Positions 12,323-23,094 are shown, numbered from the stretch's first letter. The stretch is DNA of 64,000 bases from Massalongia carnosa (GCA_965645245.1 OZ287068.1:3472001-3536000), one strand, 5' to 3'. Numbers and translations: made by a program. Notes: generated from the letters alone by a model not told the origin.

Positions 12323-13245
12323 ATCATCGCCGTCGGGCACTGCCGTCGGGCATCATCTATCGGATCGTTGAGCGTCAGCAGACGCCTCGGGCCTAGAAGA
12401 TGAGGTTCTCACCTCAGCACCGACCCCGAGTCACGTGCCTAGGCCTGCCCGGGCTGACCTGTGTCGTTCCCATGCCCAATCAAATTCAAGCTATCAAATC
12501 AATTCATCCAATTAAAAGCCCCCCCCAGCGCAAGCGAAGGTAACGGCACCGATAAGGGTCATAGAATGGTTGTAGATGAAACTCCGTGCTCATATCCCAA
12601 AACGGCTGAGGATTTTTCTCTACCATTTCGATCATGACGAACATTGTTTAAAATGACCTGTTCTCCCTCAGGCGTCACTTTGGTAGGACGTCCTGAACGA
12701 GGTGCATCTTGCACATATTCTCCCTTCAATATTCGTGAAATAGTGGGATCATATCCTCGATCTCGTGCCTTACGTTTGAGATAGCTGATAGATTGGGTGG
12801 AAACTCCGGTGACTGCTTGAACGACTTTGGCTGCTATGCCATATTCAATCAGGGATAATGCTTGTAACTTTTGTCCAATGGTGTCATGAAATAAAGTTTG
12901 AGTTAAAACCTAATTGATTACCCCGAACCGCCAAGCGGCGATCGAGGTAAAAGCCAGCTGAAAGCCTATTCAGATTCATCCTCGGTATGAGTCTGAATAA
13001 ACTCCTTACTCCACTCCACCAATCTCCTCACTCCACTATACCCTCTTATCGCTAGAACGATCACATCCACTGGCCCACTTATCGCTCCACCTTATCGCCG
13101 CCACCATCACCAAAATCTCTCATCTAGGGTGAAGGTAAAACATGAGAAAGAAGGGGCTGGCTCAGGTATAAAAAGAGGACATATCCAGTAGATAGCTGAC
13201 TCCTCGTCCGACGTCTTGTATAGCAAACCACCTCCTAGCTATAGC

Positions 13246-13458
13246 TGTCAGGACTCGGGTGTGGGAGCGCTAAATCCAACGGCTCTTTCCGACCGAAGCT
13301 TCGGAGATAAGCTTCTAGAGCCGGATGGAAACTTCGAGAAGAAGGGCAAACGGGCATATAGATTTCACATTCTTCTTTGTAGATAGATTTCTCTTCTTCA
13401 TGCTTAGTCTCTTAGGTAGCTGACTACTATTCGTCTTCCCTGGATAGTGGTTCTTACA
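13246..13458 (+). repeat. 5' LTR
   Basis: TGTCAGG...CTTACA, matching 18743-18955. Confidence 0.97.
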
Positions 13459-13460
13459 TT

Positions 13461-13471
13461 AGACTAAGCAT
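13461..13471 (+). promoter_or_regulatory. Self-priming primer-binding site (Tf1/sushi type)
   Basis: AGACTAAGCAT is the reverse complement of LTR 13400-13410 (ATGCTTAGTCT). No TGG tRNA-type PBS follows the LTR. Confidence 0.8.
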
Positions 13472-13726
13472 CTTCTTTAACCCTTGCTATCCTGAACACG
13501 ATATTAAACCGTTCAACCAGGAAAATTAGAAGAAGAACCCGGAACTTAGACTAGAACCAGATCATAGGACCTTAGAAGCAAGGATTTCTAGGCCACCAGA
13601 ATTACCAGAATCAAAAGAAGAACTCAGACCCAGAAGAACCAGAACCCAGGATCGTAGAAACCAGGATTTCTCGGCCATCGAATAGAAGATCACAAGATAA
13701 GAACACCCCCAAGAAAGAAAGAAGAA

Positions 13727-15022
13727 ATGCCCCGAGTAATCAGCGAGCCTCGAAGGAGTAGGCTCACTATGGACGAACCCATGGAGGGCCGACGTGAGTC
13801 CATTGTCCCTAATATTATCGATGATGACTCCCCATATAGCATCGACTCCGTGGATAGACTGAATGAATTTGTCCGCCAGGACCCCCAGCGGGTGGTGGAA
13901 ATGATAACTGAGTTGAAGACGGAGTCCCGAACGAAGACCCACCTATTGAACAAGGTGGCCGAAAGATTCAATGAAACGTTAGAGATAGCCCGGACCCTTC
14001 GCGATGAGCGGGACTCGGCCCAAGAGGAATTGGATAAAGTTAAGGTGATAATCCAATTTCTTCAAAACACCAACATATCGTCCGCAAGCACCGTATCGGC
14101 CGAGAATGTGCATACACACACGACCACTACCGCGTCAACACCTGCCCCCGAAGGAGTTGGCAAATCTTCCAAGCTTCCTGACCCACCCATTCTCGAAAAT
14201 AATAAAGACGACAACTTCGAGGACTGGCTATCTAGCATGCGAAATAAGCTAGAAGGCAATGCGGATTGGTACCCTACCGAGGCCATGAAAAAGGCATACG
14301 TACGGACTCGGGTTGGTGGTGAGGCAGTCAAGCATATAGCCTCTAGATTTAGAAAGGAGTCTACCAAACCATTTACCACTGCTGAAGAGATTTTCGATGA
14401 TTTAAACCGAGTATATGGTGACCCTCACAAGGAACAAACAGCACTGCGAGAATTCCGCGACCTTAAACAAGTGGGTAAATATCGAGAATTCCATGCCTTC
14501 TGGTCAGAATTCCAACGCTTAGCCAACGAACTTGAATATTCCGAAAAGACCCTACTGAATGAGCTCCGCAACAAGATGAACTTTGAGCTCCAGAAGATGC
14601 TAGCCGTCGAGGCCTACAAGGCCACCGATTTGTATGAATTCGCACGCCTATGCATGCATACTGATCAGACCATCCGCGAGGTTGAGACCAAGACGAAAGG
14701 CTATCGAAAGAACTTTGTTGGCCCCTCAATACCTATCGCAAGCACGGCCGGTGGGACCACCTCCATCGTAAAGGCCTCCACCCCCGCATTAACCCGTACT
14801 CCCGCAATGCCTTCCGCCACCAGCAGCCGATCTTCAACGCCCTTTATGGCCCGAGCCCCCCATCCCGATCCAATCATGGAGAAAAGAATGAAGGAAGGAA
14901 GATGTTTTAACTGCGATCTGACCGGGCATATGGCCAAAGACTGCCCTCAGCCTAGAAAGGGACGGGTTAGCGAGATGAGCGCAGAAGCAGAAGATTCGGG
15001 AAAAGACGCACCTCCGTCATAG
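13727..15022 (+). CDS. gag: Gypsy Gag (431 aa) with CCHC zinc knuckle
   Basis: KLPDPP..FEDW capsid region; CFNCDLTGHMAKDC. Confidence 0.93.
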   Translation: MPRVISEPRRSRLTMDEPMEGRRESIVPNIIDDDSPYSIDSVDRLNEFVRQDPQRVVEMITELKTESRTKTHLLNKVAERFNETLEIARTLRDERDSAQEELDKVKVIIQFLQNTNISSASTVSAENVHTHTTTTASTPAPEGVGKSSKLPDPPILENNKDDNFEDWLSSMRNKLEGNADWYPTEAMKKAYVRTRVGGEAVKHIASRFRKESTKPFTTAEEIFDDLNRVYGDPHKEQTALREFRDLKQVGKYREFHAFWSEFQRLANELEYSEKTLLNELRNKMNFELQKMLAVEAYKATDLYEFARLCMHTDQTIREVETKTKGYRKNFVGPSIPIASTAGGTTSIVKASTPALTRTPAMPSATSSRSSTPFMARAPHPDPIMEKRMKEGRCFNCDLTGHMAKDCPQPRKGRVSEMSAEAEDSGKDAPPS

Positions 15023-15036
15023 ACGCGGCGGGGGTA
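14998..15036 (+). promoter_or_regulatory. Programmed -1 ribosomal frameshift signal
   Basis: Slippery G GGA AAA in the gag frame, followed by a stem ACCTCCGTC/GGCGGGGGT. The pol frame is -1 and open from this site. Confidence 0.75.
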
Positions 15037-18000
15037 GATGAGTTGGTTATCACATCTTTCTTTATGGAGGATGATTTATTCGATGACCATCCAGTAATGG
15101 AAGATTGTATCGTAGGAAATAAATTTAATACGAGAGCGATGATTGATACTGGATCTACTGGTTATTGTTTTGTTGATAGACTAACTGCGCAGGAAATATG
15201 TGAAAAGGCTAATATCTCACCGGTGACGTTAAATAGACGGAAAGAGATAAAGGCATATGATGGAAGAAAAGGCAAGCCTATTACCCAGGCCATTTATCCA
15301 TCTCTGAAAATTGGAAATCATACCGAGAGCTCAACACCAATGTTGATCACCGAGCTGGGCCAACAAACGATTATTCTTGGCAAGCCTTGGATGCGAAAAC
15401 ATGGTGTTAGCTATCATGGGCATACGAATTCGATTTCTTTTCGTCCCGATCATTGCAATCATCTAGGTGCCCCTGAAAGGCCTTTCCCATCGTCGCCAAT
15501 CAGGAGAGAAGAACCGGGCTCAACAAAGGACACCACGCCTATATTCCAACCAAAGAAGATATTGAAAAGAGACGAACCCGATGAAAAGAATCATAGCAAC
15601 TCGAACCCGATTTCAGTTCGAAGATCAAGAAAGGAAGATATCTTGAAGCAAAAGTCTTGGAGAAAAGACGCCGAGAGCGAAGAAGCCCTGGATATAGCGA
15701 TGATAGGTGCAGACCCATTTAATGTATTAACGAAACAAAAGGATGTCGAGATATTTGCAGTCTCGCTGAGAGATATCAACTTTGAACTAGCCAAGGGAGA
15801 AAAGCCAATCACCGATCCTAAGACCATAGTCCCCCCCGAGTATCACGATTTTCTTGATGTTTTCTCTAAGGAAAAAGCTGATGAACTGCCCCCTCATAGA
15901 AAGCATGACCATACCATCGAATTGCTAGAAGGTAAAGGACCCGGGCATGCCCCGCTATATAATATGTCAGAGGGAGAACTCCTACTGGTCAAGAGATATT
16001 TGGAAGAAAATCTGAAGAAAGGATTTATTACAGCCAGCTCGGCCCCTTTTGCCTCGCCGATACTATTCGCCAAGAAACCGAGTGGTGGACTTCGGTTCTG
16101 CGTCGATTATCGAAAGCTAAACGAAATCACCAAAAAAAATCGATATCCCCTACCTCTGATATCTGAGATAATGTCTCGATTGGCCAGGGCTAGATTTTTG
16201 ACAAGAATAGATATTCGACATGCCTTTAACCGACTTAGGATGAAAACCGAAAAGGACGAAGATCTCACAACCTTCCGCACGCGATTTGGGTCATATAAAT
16301 CTCTAGTATTACCCTTCGGACTGACCAACGGCCCTGCTACGTTTCAGAACTTCATCAACGATACCTTCTTAGAATATCTAGACGAATTCCTAATAGCCTA
16401 TCTGGACGATCTCTTGGTTTATAGTGAAACCATGACTGACCACCGAAAACATGTTCGAAAAGTTCTACAAAAGCTTCGAGAAGCTGGTATTCAGGCTGAT
16501 GTGGATAAATGCGAATTCCATGTGACCGAAACAAAGTTCCTAGGAGTGGTAGTCGGGCGGAATGGGATCAAGATGGACCCTACCAAAATTGAGGCAGTCG
16601 TCGAATGGGCCATCCCTAGGCATCTTAAACAGGTGCAGGCCTTTCTAGGATTTATCAACTTTTATAGACGTTTTATCAAAGACTTCTCCAAAATAGCCAA
16701 ACCCCTCGTACATCTAACTCGAAAAGACGAACCATTCAATTGGACCCCAGCCTGCCAAGCAGCTTTTTCCGAATTGAAAAGACGGGTGACCGAGGCCCCG
16801 GTCCTCGCGCATTTCAGCCCAAGCCGAGAAACGTTCGTGGAATCGGATTCATCTGATTATGTGTCAGCCGGAGTATTATCGCAAAGAGGTGAAGATGGAC
16901 TTATCAGACCAGTAGCCTTCTTTTCAAAGAGCCTGTTGCCAGCCGAATGCAATTATGAAATATACGATAAAGAATTGCTTGCAATAATCAAATGTTTCGA
17001 ACAATGGAGGCCTGAGCTGCAATCCACCGAGCTCCCAATCAAAGTGTTGACCGACCACAAAAGCTTGGAATATTTCATGACAACCAAAAAGCTAAATAGG
17101 CGACAGGCCAGATGGGCTGAATTTCTGGCCGATTTCAATTTTGTCATCACATACCAAGCTGGAAAATTCCATACAAAGGCAGATGCACTAACTAGAAGAC
17201 CAGGAGACAGGCCCGAATCAGAGGAAGATGACAGGCAAAGGCATCAACATCAGATAATCTTACCTCTCGAAAGCCTAGACCCTCAAATCCAAAAGGAAAT
17301 GGGGTTTGAAATGAACGAGATCAACGCGGAAAAGTCGAAAGATCCGCTCGAGAATAATGCCAAACTATTTGTCCCCGAAGAAAAGAGAATGAAGCTGATA
17401 CAGGAAGTTCACGATCAACCAGCCGTTGGCCATCCGGGAATAAAGCGGACCTACGAGATGATGAAGAAATTCTTTTTTTGGCCAAAGATGAAAGGGACCA
17501 TAGAACAATACATTCGAAATTGTCATACATGCAAAAGAGCAAAAGCTCCAAGGGACGGTTATTCCGGACTATTAAATCCGCTACCTATACCAGACCGGCC
17601 CTGGACAGATATATCAATGGATTTCGTAACTGGCCTACCTGAAAGCAAAGGTCATAATGCAATATTAATGGTAGTAGACCGATTTTCCAAGATGCATCAT
17701 TACATTCCATGCACCACGGACGAAGAAGGGACAACTGCCGAAGAGACGGCCCGAATGCTAATAAAACATGTATGGAAATTGCATGGCCTACCGACCACGA
17801 TAATCTCAGATAGGGGACCTCAATTCGTATCGCTAGTATGGAAATCGCTATGCGTAATGCTGGGAATAAAAGCCAAGTTATCAACCGCATTCCATCCCGA
17901 GACCGACGGTCAAAGCGAAATATCCAATCAAGAAATGGAGCGATATCTGAGAACCTATGTCAATTATCAGCAAGATGACTGGACAGAGTGGCTATCGATG

Positions 18001-18705
18001 GCCGAGTTCGCATCAAATGCCTGTGTCTCAGCTTCAAGTGGATTATCTCCATTTCAGTTCAACTATGGGTTTGAACCGAGGATGAGCTTCTATCCGATTG
18101 ACGCATCTACCGGATCGGCCAGAGAAAGAATATTGAAAACTCGAGCAAAAAATATCGGCCAAGCAATGGAGAAAATCTGGGAATTCAGAAAAGAAAACCT
18201 AGTACGAAGCCAAGAAAGTCAGAAGAGATTCGCGGACAATCATCGGGAGGAGGCACCAATCTATAAAGAAGGAGATGAAGTTTGGCTATCAACCAAAAAT
18301 ATCAAAACGGAAAGGCCTTCGAAAAAGCTAGATCATAAGATGATCGGACCGTACAAGATATTAAAAGCTTTGGGGAATAGCTATAAGTTAGATCTTCCAG
18401 CATCGATGAAAATACACGATGTTTTCCATTCATCATTACTCCGACCAGCAAGTAAAGACCCATTGCCCGGACAAATACCCCCGCCTCCACCACCGGTAAT
18501 TATTGACAACGAGGAAGAATTTGAAATTGATGATATTTTGGATTCAAGAACTTTCAACAAGAAGCTACAATACAAGGTAAAATGGAGCAATTACCCACCG
18601 GATAACACATGGTATCCGGCCGAAGATTTTGCGAATTCAAAAGAAACTGTGGAAGAATATCATCGGAAATATCCAAAGAAGCCGCGACCGAAGCTAATCA
18701 CATGA
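14998..18705 (+). CDS. pol: Gypsy Pol (protease, RT, RNase H, integrase, chromodomain), uninterrupted
   Basis: MIDTGS, YLDDLL, ESDSSD, HHCC, SDRGPQF..ETDGQSE, FEIDDILDSR..YKVKW. Confidence 0.95.
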   Translation, partial: GKRRTSVIDAAGVDELVITSFFMEDDLFDDHPVMEDCIVGNKFNTRAMIDTGSTGYCFVDRLTAQEICEKANISPVTLNRRKEIKAYDGRKGKPITQAIYPSLKIGNHTESSTPMLITELGQQTIILGKPWMRKHGVSYHGHTNSISFRPDHCNHLGAPERPFPSSPIRREEPGSTKDTTPIFQPKKILKRDEPDEKNHSNSNPISVRRSRKEDILKQKSWRKDAESEEALDIAMIGADPFNVLTKQKDVEIFAVSLRDINFELAKGEKPITDPKTIVPPEYHDFLDVFSKEKADELPPHRKHDHTIELLEGKGPGHAPLYNMSEGELLLVKRYLEENLKKGFITASSAPFASPILFAKKPSGGLRFCVDYRKLNEITKKNRYPLPLISEIMSRLARARFLTRIDIRHAFNRLRMKTEKDEDLTTFRTRFGSYKSLVLPFGLTNGPATFQNFINDTFLEYLDEFLIAYLDDLLVYSETMTDHRKHVRKVLQKLREAGIQADVDKCEFHVTETKFLGVVVGRNGIKMDPTKIEAVVEWAIPRHLKQVQAFLGFINFYRRFIKDFSKIAKPLVHLTRKDEPFNWTPACQAAFSELKRRVTEAPVLAHFSPSRETFVESDSSDYVSAGVLSQRGEDGLIRPVAFFSKSLLPAECNYEIYDKELLAIIKCFEQWRPELQSTELPIKVLTDHKSLEYFMTTKKLNRRQARWAEFLADFNFVITYQAGKFHTKADALTRRPGDRPESEEDDRQRHQHQIILPLESLDPQIQKEMGFEMNEINAEKSKDPLENNAKLFVPEEKRMKLIQEVHDQPAVGHPGIKRTYEMMKKFFFWPKMKGTIEQYIRNCHTCKRAKAPRDGYSGLLNPLPIPDRPWTDISMDFVTGLPESKGHNAILMVVDRFSKMHHYIPCTTDEEGTTAEETARMLIKHVWKLHGLPTTIISDRGPQFVSLVWKSLCVMLGIKAKLSTAFHPETDGQSEISNQEMERYLRTYVNYQQDDWTEWLSMAEFASNACVSASSGLSPFQFNYGFEPRMSFYPIDASTGSARERILKTRAKNIGQAMEKIWEFRKENLVRSQESQKRFADNHREEAPIYKEGDEVWLSTKNIKTERPSKKLDHKMIGPYKILKALGNSYKLDLPASMKIHDVFHSSLLRPASKDPLPGQIPPPPPPVIIDNEEEFEIDDILDSRTFNKKLQYKVKWSNYPPDNTWYPAEDFANSKETVEEYHRKYPKKPRPKLIT

Positions 18706-18742
18706 CAGCGATCAGGAGCTCGCTAACCAAGAGGGGGGGTAG

Positions 18743-18955
18743 TGTCAGGACTCGGGTGTGGGAGCGCTAAATCCAACGGCTCTTTCCGACCGAAGCTTCG
18801 GAGATAAGCTTCTAGAGCCGGATGGAAACTTCGAGAAGAAGGGCAAACGGGCATATAGATTTCACATTCTTCTTTGTAGATAGATTTCTCTTCTTCATGC
18901 TTAGTCTCTTAGGTAGCTGACTACTATTCGTCTTCCCTGGATAGTGGTTCTTACA
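18743..18955 (+). repeat. 3' LTR
   Basis: Matches the 5' LTR and is preceded by the PPT. Confidence 0.97.
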
Positions 18956-19973
18956 ATAGCCTCATTAATAAAGACATCTTGATCATCCAATCCAATTCCT
19001 AGGAACATTAGTTCAATTCCCAACCCAGTCCTTGACAAATGGTCAGACTGTTGTTCTGAGTACGTGAGGTCATATTTGAAGCATACAAAAATCTATTTTA
19101 ATGATATTTGATGCTGAACAGGTCAAAATGTACAAAAAAACCCTTTTACTTACTAGCGTCATGCAGAAAGGACGCTAAATAGCATGTCATCCTCCGTAGA
19201 GATTCATATTATCAAGAATTCACCTCTATTCTTTTGCGTCATCTTCCCCCACAATCAAAGTTGAGCTAATACAAATATAGTTTAGCGGTTACTGATCAAG
19301 CGGTTTTGATAGGACGAGTTCCAAACGCATTAGTGTATACAAGGTACAGTGAAAGGCCGCATCGTATGTATCTAGCCAATAAGCTGAGCTCTTTATCATC
19401 AGAGTTTGCTGTCTGCCAACCACGGCAACTTCTGTCGCCGTCTTCGCGACACAACGCACCAGCGGTAATAAAGACGGGCTATCTCTCCTCTCATATCTGA
19501 TAGACATGTCCCCATCAACAGCAAAGTTAGACGTCAAGAAATACCGGCAGCAATCCTTAGCTCTAACATCGTTGAACAAGCAAGATAAGACAATCACCGC
19601 ACACTTTAAGCCCTCCTTCAGCTGACAGTAGCAGCACGTCCCCGGGGTATTGAGCGAAAGCTGTCGCTCACAAAACTTCGCAAGAGCGCACGCCTACAAG
19701 AGAAACTACGTCTTCATGTACAATTAGAGAGACAAGAGCAAGTATATAAAGAGGTATGTTTACTATCTCTTTTCCTACTTGGCTTTATTAGACTGACTGA
19801 AGCCGAAGCCCCCTTCAAATCCTGATCGAAAGCGAAAACGAAGTCACGAATCTAGTCAGAACTGCAAGACCCAAGCTGAAGAAGTTGGCCATTCCCATTT
19901 TCAAAAGGACAAGCCTCGAATTTCAGCCGAACCTCAACAAAAGCGATCACGTACTTCGCTCGCAAATCTCACT

Positions 19974-21446
19974 GTGAAGGACACATCAAGACAAGAAGTC
20001 GGGAATGACATTAGTGAGAACGAGACTAACCCCATTCGTTATTGGATTCGGAAAGGAACCTGGCCTCAAGAATATTTCAAACAAGATACTAAGTCTAGAA
20101 AATATTTTGAGCTAGAGAACAACATGAGCCACCTACTTGCAAGAACGAAGTCGACATCCTCTCTTCGCCGTAAACTTTCAGATTCTAGTGATGTTACATC
20201 CAGCGATCAATGGCCAAGAGAGGAGAAGAGCGGTCCATATAAAATCTTTCGCTATAAAATTGTGCTTGAAACTAAAGGTAGCTTTATGAACGAATCCGAT
20301 TTAGGAATCACGGACAAAAGCAAAAGCGATTATCAAAATCTGCTCATGAAAGAGCAGACAGTTCCAACAGATTCGTTATTTCGTGGCGATATGTTTAAAT
20401 CAACCTGCCAAAACATACAAGACAAAAACGAGACCAGAGTCATTCGAGATATTTCACTCTTGATCGTTCCTTCTGCAGAAACGCTAGCTACACAAGGTGC
20501 CATCAATCTTCTGTGCTTGACCGAAAGCACTAATGAAGGCTGGAACAATTCCATTCCTGTAACTACTACTCGTCCACAACCCGACTATTCTGTAGGATTC
20601 AGGCGATCTGCGTTCACAAACGATCAACTCAAAAAGCTCAGGCCTTTCGTTGGTGATCTTTATGATACTTCCTTTTTCATGGCTACCTATTACATGTACT
20701 TCCCATTTCTAACATGCGAAGTCAAGTGTGGTGCCGCGGCGCTGGACATCGCAGATCGACAGAATGCTCATAGTATGACTATTGCGATAAGAGGTATCGT
20801 CGAACTCTTCAAGTATGTGAAGTGTGAGAAAAAACTTGATCGAGAGATTCTTGCCTTTTCGATCTCGCATGATCATGAAAGTGTAAGAATTTACGGTCAT
20901 TACGCTTTGATCAATGGAAGCGATACAACCTTTTATCGTCATTCTATTCGTAAATTTGACTTCACAGAACAAGACGGAAAAGACAAATGGACGACCTACA
21001 AGTTCACAAGGAACGTTTACGATATTTGGATGCCGACTCACCTCGAAAGAATACGTTCGGCTATCGACAAAATCCCTGCTGATTCGTTCACATTTATTGC
21101 TAGCATCGAAAACGAATCCGAGCTACTTGACTCACAGGAAACGGTATCAAGCTCTGCTTCGTTCCATGATATCTTGAAGTTCAAGAAGCCAAAGCTAAGA
21201 CCGACAGTCATGCTACAGCAGGAGAATGATCGGCAAAAGGAGCAAATTGACGAGTTGAAGGAACAACTTAAAGATCAAAATGATAGATTTGATCAGGAGA
21301 GGAAGCAGAATAAGCAAGAAAGAATTCAAGAAAAAGAGGAGAGCAAGCTGGCAATGAATGAGCTTAAAGAACAACTCAAGCAGCGAGACGATAAACTCGA
21401 CCGACTCATGAACATGTTGGAACAGAGATTTATCACGGCGTTGTGA
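19974..21446 (+). CDS. Fungal PD-(D/E)XK-like protein (DUF7924-like by recall) with C-terminal coiled coil; true start probably in an upstream exon (candidate intron ~19754-19803)
   Basis: 490-aa open frame with RPQPDYSVGF, FPFLTCEVKCG, ADRQNAHS, AFSISHD..VRIYGHY. Confidence 0.7.
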   Translation: MKDTSRQEVGNDISENETNPIRYWIRKGTWPQEYFKQDTKSRKYFELENNMSHLLARTKSTSSLRRKLSDSSDVTSSDQWPREEKSGPYKIFRYKIVLETKGSFMNESDLGITDKSKSDYQNLLMKEQTVPTDSLFRGDMFKSTCQNIQDKNETRVIRDISLLIVPSAETLATQGAINLLCLTESTNEGWNNSIPVTTTRPQPDYSVGFRRSAFTNDQLKKLRPFVGDLYDTSFFMATYYMYFPFLTCEVKCGAAALDIADRQNAHSMTIAIRGIVELFKYVKCEKKLDREILAFSISHDHESVRIYGHYALINGSDTTFYRHSIRKFDFTEQDGKDKWTTYKFTRNVYDIWMPTHLERIRSAIDKIPADSFTFIASIENESELLDSQETVSSSASFHDILKFKKPKLRPTVMLQQENDRQKEQIDELKEQLKDQNDRFDQERKQNKQERIQEKEESKLAMNELKEQLKQRDDKLDRLMNMLEQRFITAL

Positions 21447-23094
21447 TTTTGTAATACGAGTTTCAGCGTTGGCAGTGGCGTGGATTGAGTGGATTGAACC
21501 TGGAGTATTGATCGTTGGATTTCTCATTGAGGATTAGGTAATTTATGGGTATATGCGAGCGGAAGATGTTATATCACCAAGCTTTTCTGATATCCCGGCT
21601 ATTGCAGGTCCTAGGCTCTGCGCAGCAGCTTCCTCTACTTGCAGAAGCGGAAGCCGCTTATCGAACCACTGCCTGTCCAGATTTTCCGTTCCGATTTGCG
21701 GAGGAACGATGAGGAGAGGTGATGTGACGCGAGGGGAATCGGACACTTTGTGAACCGTTGGGTAATTCGCGGGCTCCATCGTGTCGTCTGAATCATTATA
21801 TAATTACTATCTATGTTTGGGCAACTCCCGCTCGCTACTGCCCTACTGGCGCTCAGTTTTGCTGAGGGTCCCTCCTATAATGGCTTTGTTTTGGCAGCGG
21901 TGAGGGGAAAACTCCATCTAACTATGCGGCTGATTCAAGGAGTGGGTGAGTGGGCAAAAGATCTTTTGATGCTGAACTCCGAATGGTGACGATGAAGAAG
22001 AGTGCCTAAACGCTACCTATTTTTGCCCTTTTCTCCCCTTCCTGTCCAATTATTGGACATCGTCCCCCCTTCGACCTTCGGCCTTCGTCGGCTATCCACG
22101 ACCTGCCTTCACTCGGTCCCAGCATTACCTTTCGCCCTAGCCGAATTACTTTATTTAAGAAGAATCGGTAAGTATGAAAGCTGTGGACATTGAACGAAGA
22201 GAACGGGGCAAGGGGAGGAATGCTGCTTAATTGATCTTCTACGCAAAAGATTCATCACAATCCGGATACTCTAGCTTGGCAATGAATACATCATCACAGT
22301 CTGCTGCGTTCTTATTCGACATGATTCTGATCAGTCAACCTCTTTACAATGGAGAAGTGTCTCTCAAACACTATGCAATAGGATTGGCGCATCAACATGG
22401 GGGTAATGGATTAGTTATAAACGCCTTGATAATGAGAAGAGAGAAGAATATATATAGACTAAATGAACTGCAAAGACGTCTGGGGTGAGATCGATTAGAA
22501 AGGGGAAGATTGTTTTTGTATTGTGGTGAGGTGAAGGTGATGGAAAAGAGAGGCGGTGCGAGGGATTTACCTGCAGATAGGAGAGTTCATCCGACAAGCA
22601 GTCATCTCACAAGCATCAGTTTGTCTTTCATGTCAGTGTGAGGTCATTGAAACGAAGGAAAGGTGCTATCAGTTGATTCAGATGTTTCTTTGATCGTTAG
22701 CTTCGAATGTCGCTATTCGGAGACTACTTTCAAGGGCGTGCATCAGATATTCAAGAAAGAGTTGCCTTCGAGATGGGAAGGTGATGAGAAGATGCTGACT
22801 GGGATCGAAGGTGTTTCCGAAGCGAGTGAAGGATTCGATGATTGCACATGCTGAAGAGAATCGGCGCGTGAGAATTAATTGCTAACGATTCAATGAAGAG
22901 ATTCATACGCACAATGAATGATGAAGAACCCTCCTTGAAGAAACATTGACTTCGTCGCTTTATGAAGAAGAAATCATCCTTTCCAAGCTTCTAATATGCT
23001 GGGTCAATACTGCAGAATATCTTAAGGTCGTTTATTTATCGTCGTAAGCTGCAGCTAGGCACCACATCATCAGAACGTTAGCCATCACACCACT

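Larger units (their letters stand above)
8247..12565 (+). mobile_element. Tyrosine-recombinase retrotransposon (Ngaro/DIRS-like) inserted in the Tc1 transposase
   Basis: gag-like, RT-RNase H and YR ORFs in order. Flanks rejoin to an intact transposase frame, with AGA present at both junctions. Confidence 0.92.
13246..18955 (+). mobile_element. Full-length, apparently intact Ty3/Gypsy chromovirus
   Basis: Two 213-bp LTRs identical by eye; TSD ATAGC at 13241-13245 and 18956-18960; open gag and pol; PPT AAGAGGGGGGGTAG. Confidence 0.97.
12882..19037. mobile_element. Solo LTR (12882-13245 plus 18961-19037, ~440 bp) in the transposase 5' end, split by the intact Gypsy
   Basis: TGTCA..TGACA termini; 5-bp TSD AATGG at 12877-12881 and 19038-19042; TATAAAA and AATAAA inside. 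Confidence 0.88.
7241..19073 (-). pseudogene. Tc1-type DDE transposase in three pieces (19073-19038, 12876-12563, 8246-7241) with an in-frame TGA at 7814-7816
   Basis: Removing the insertions gives one frame: MTSRTQNNSLTI|GQKLQAL...DAPRSGRPTK...SSTTIL|NVLRR...VIWSDETS...QEDKA...WPGNSPDLNMIE. Confidence 0.9.

Noticed and set aside
21500..23050. Short ORFs and possible old TE debris
   Set aside because: No motif, terminus or repeat that I could support.
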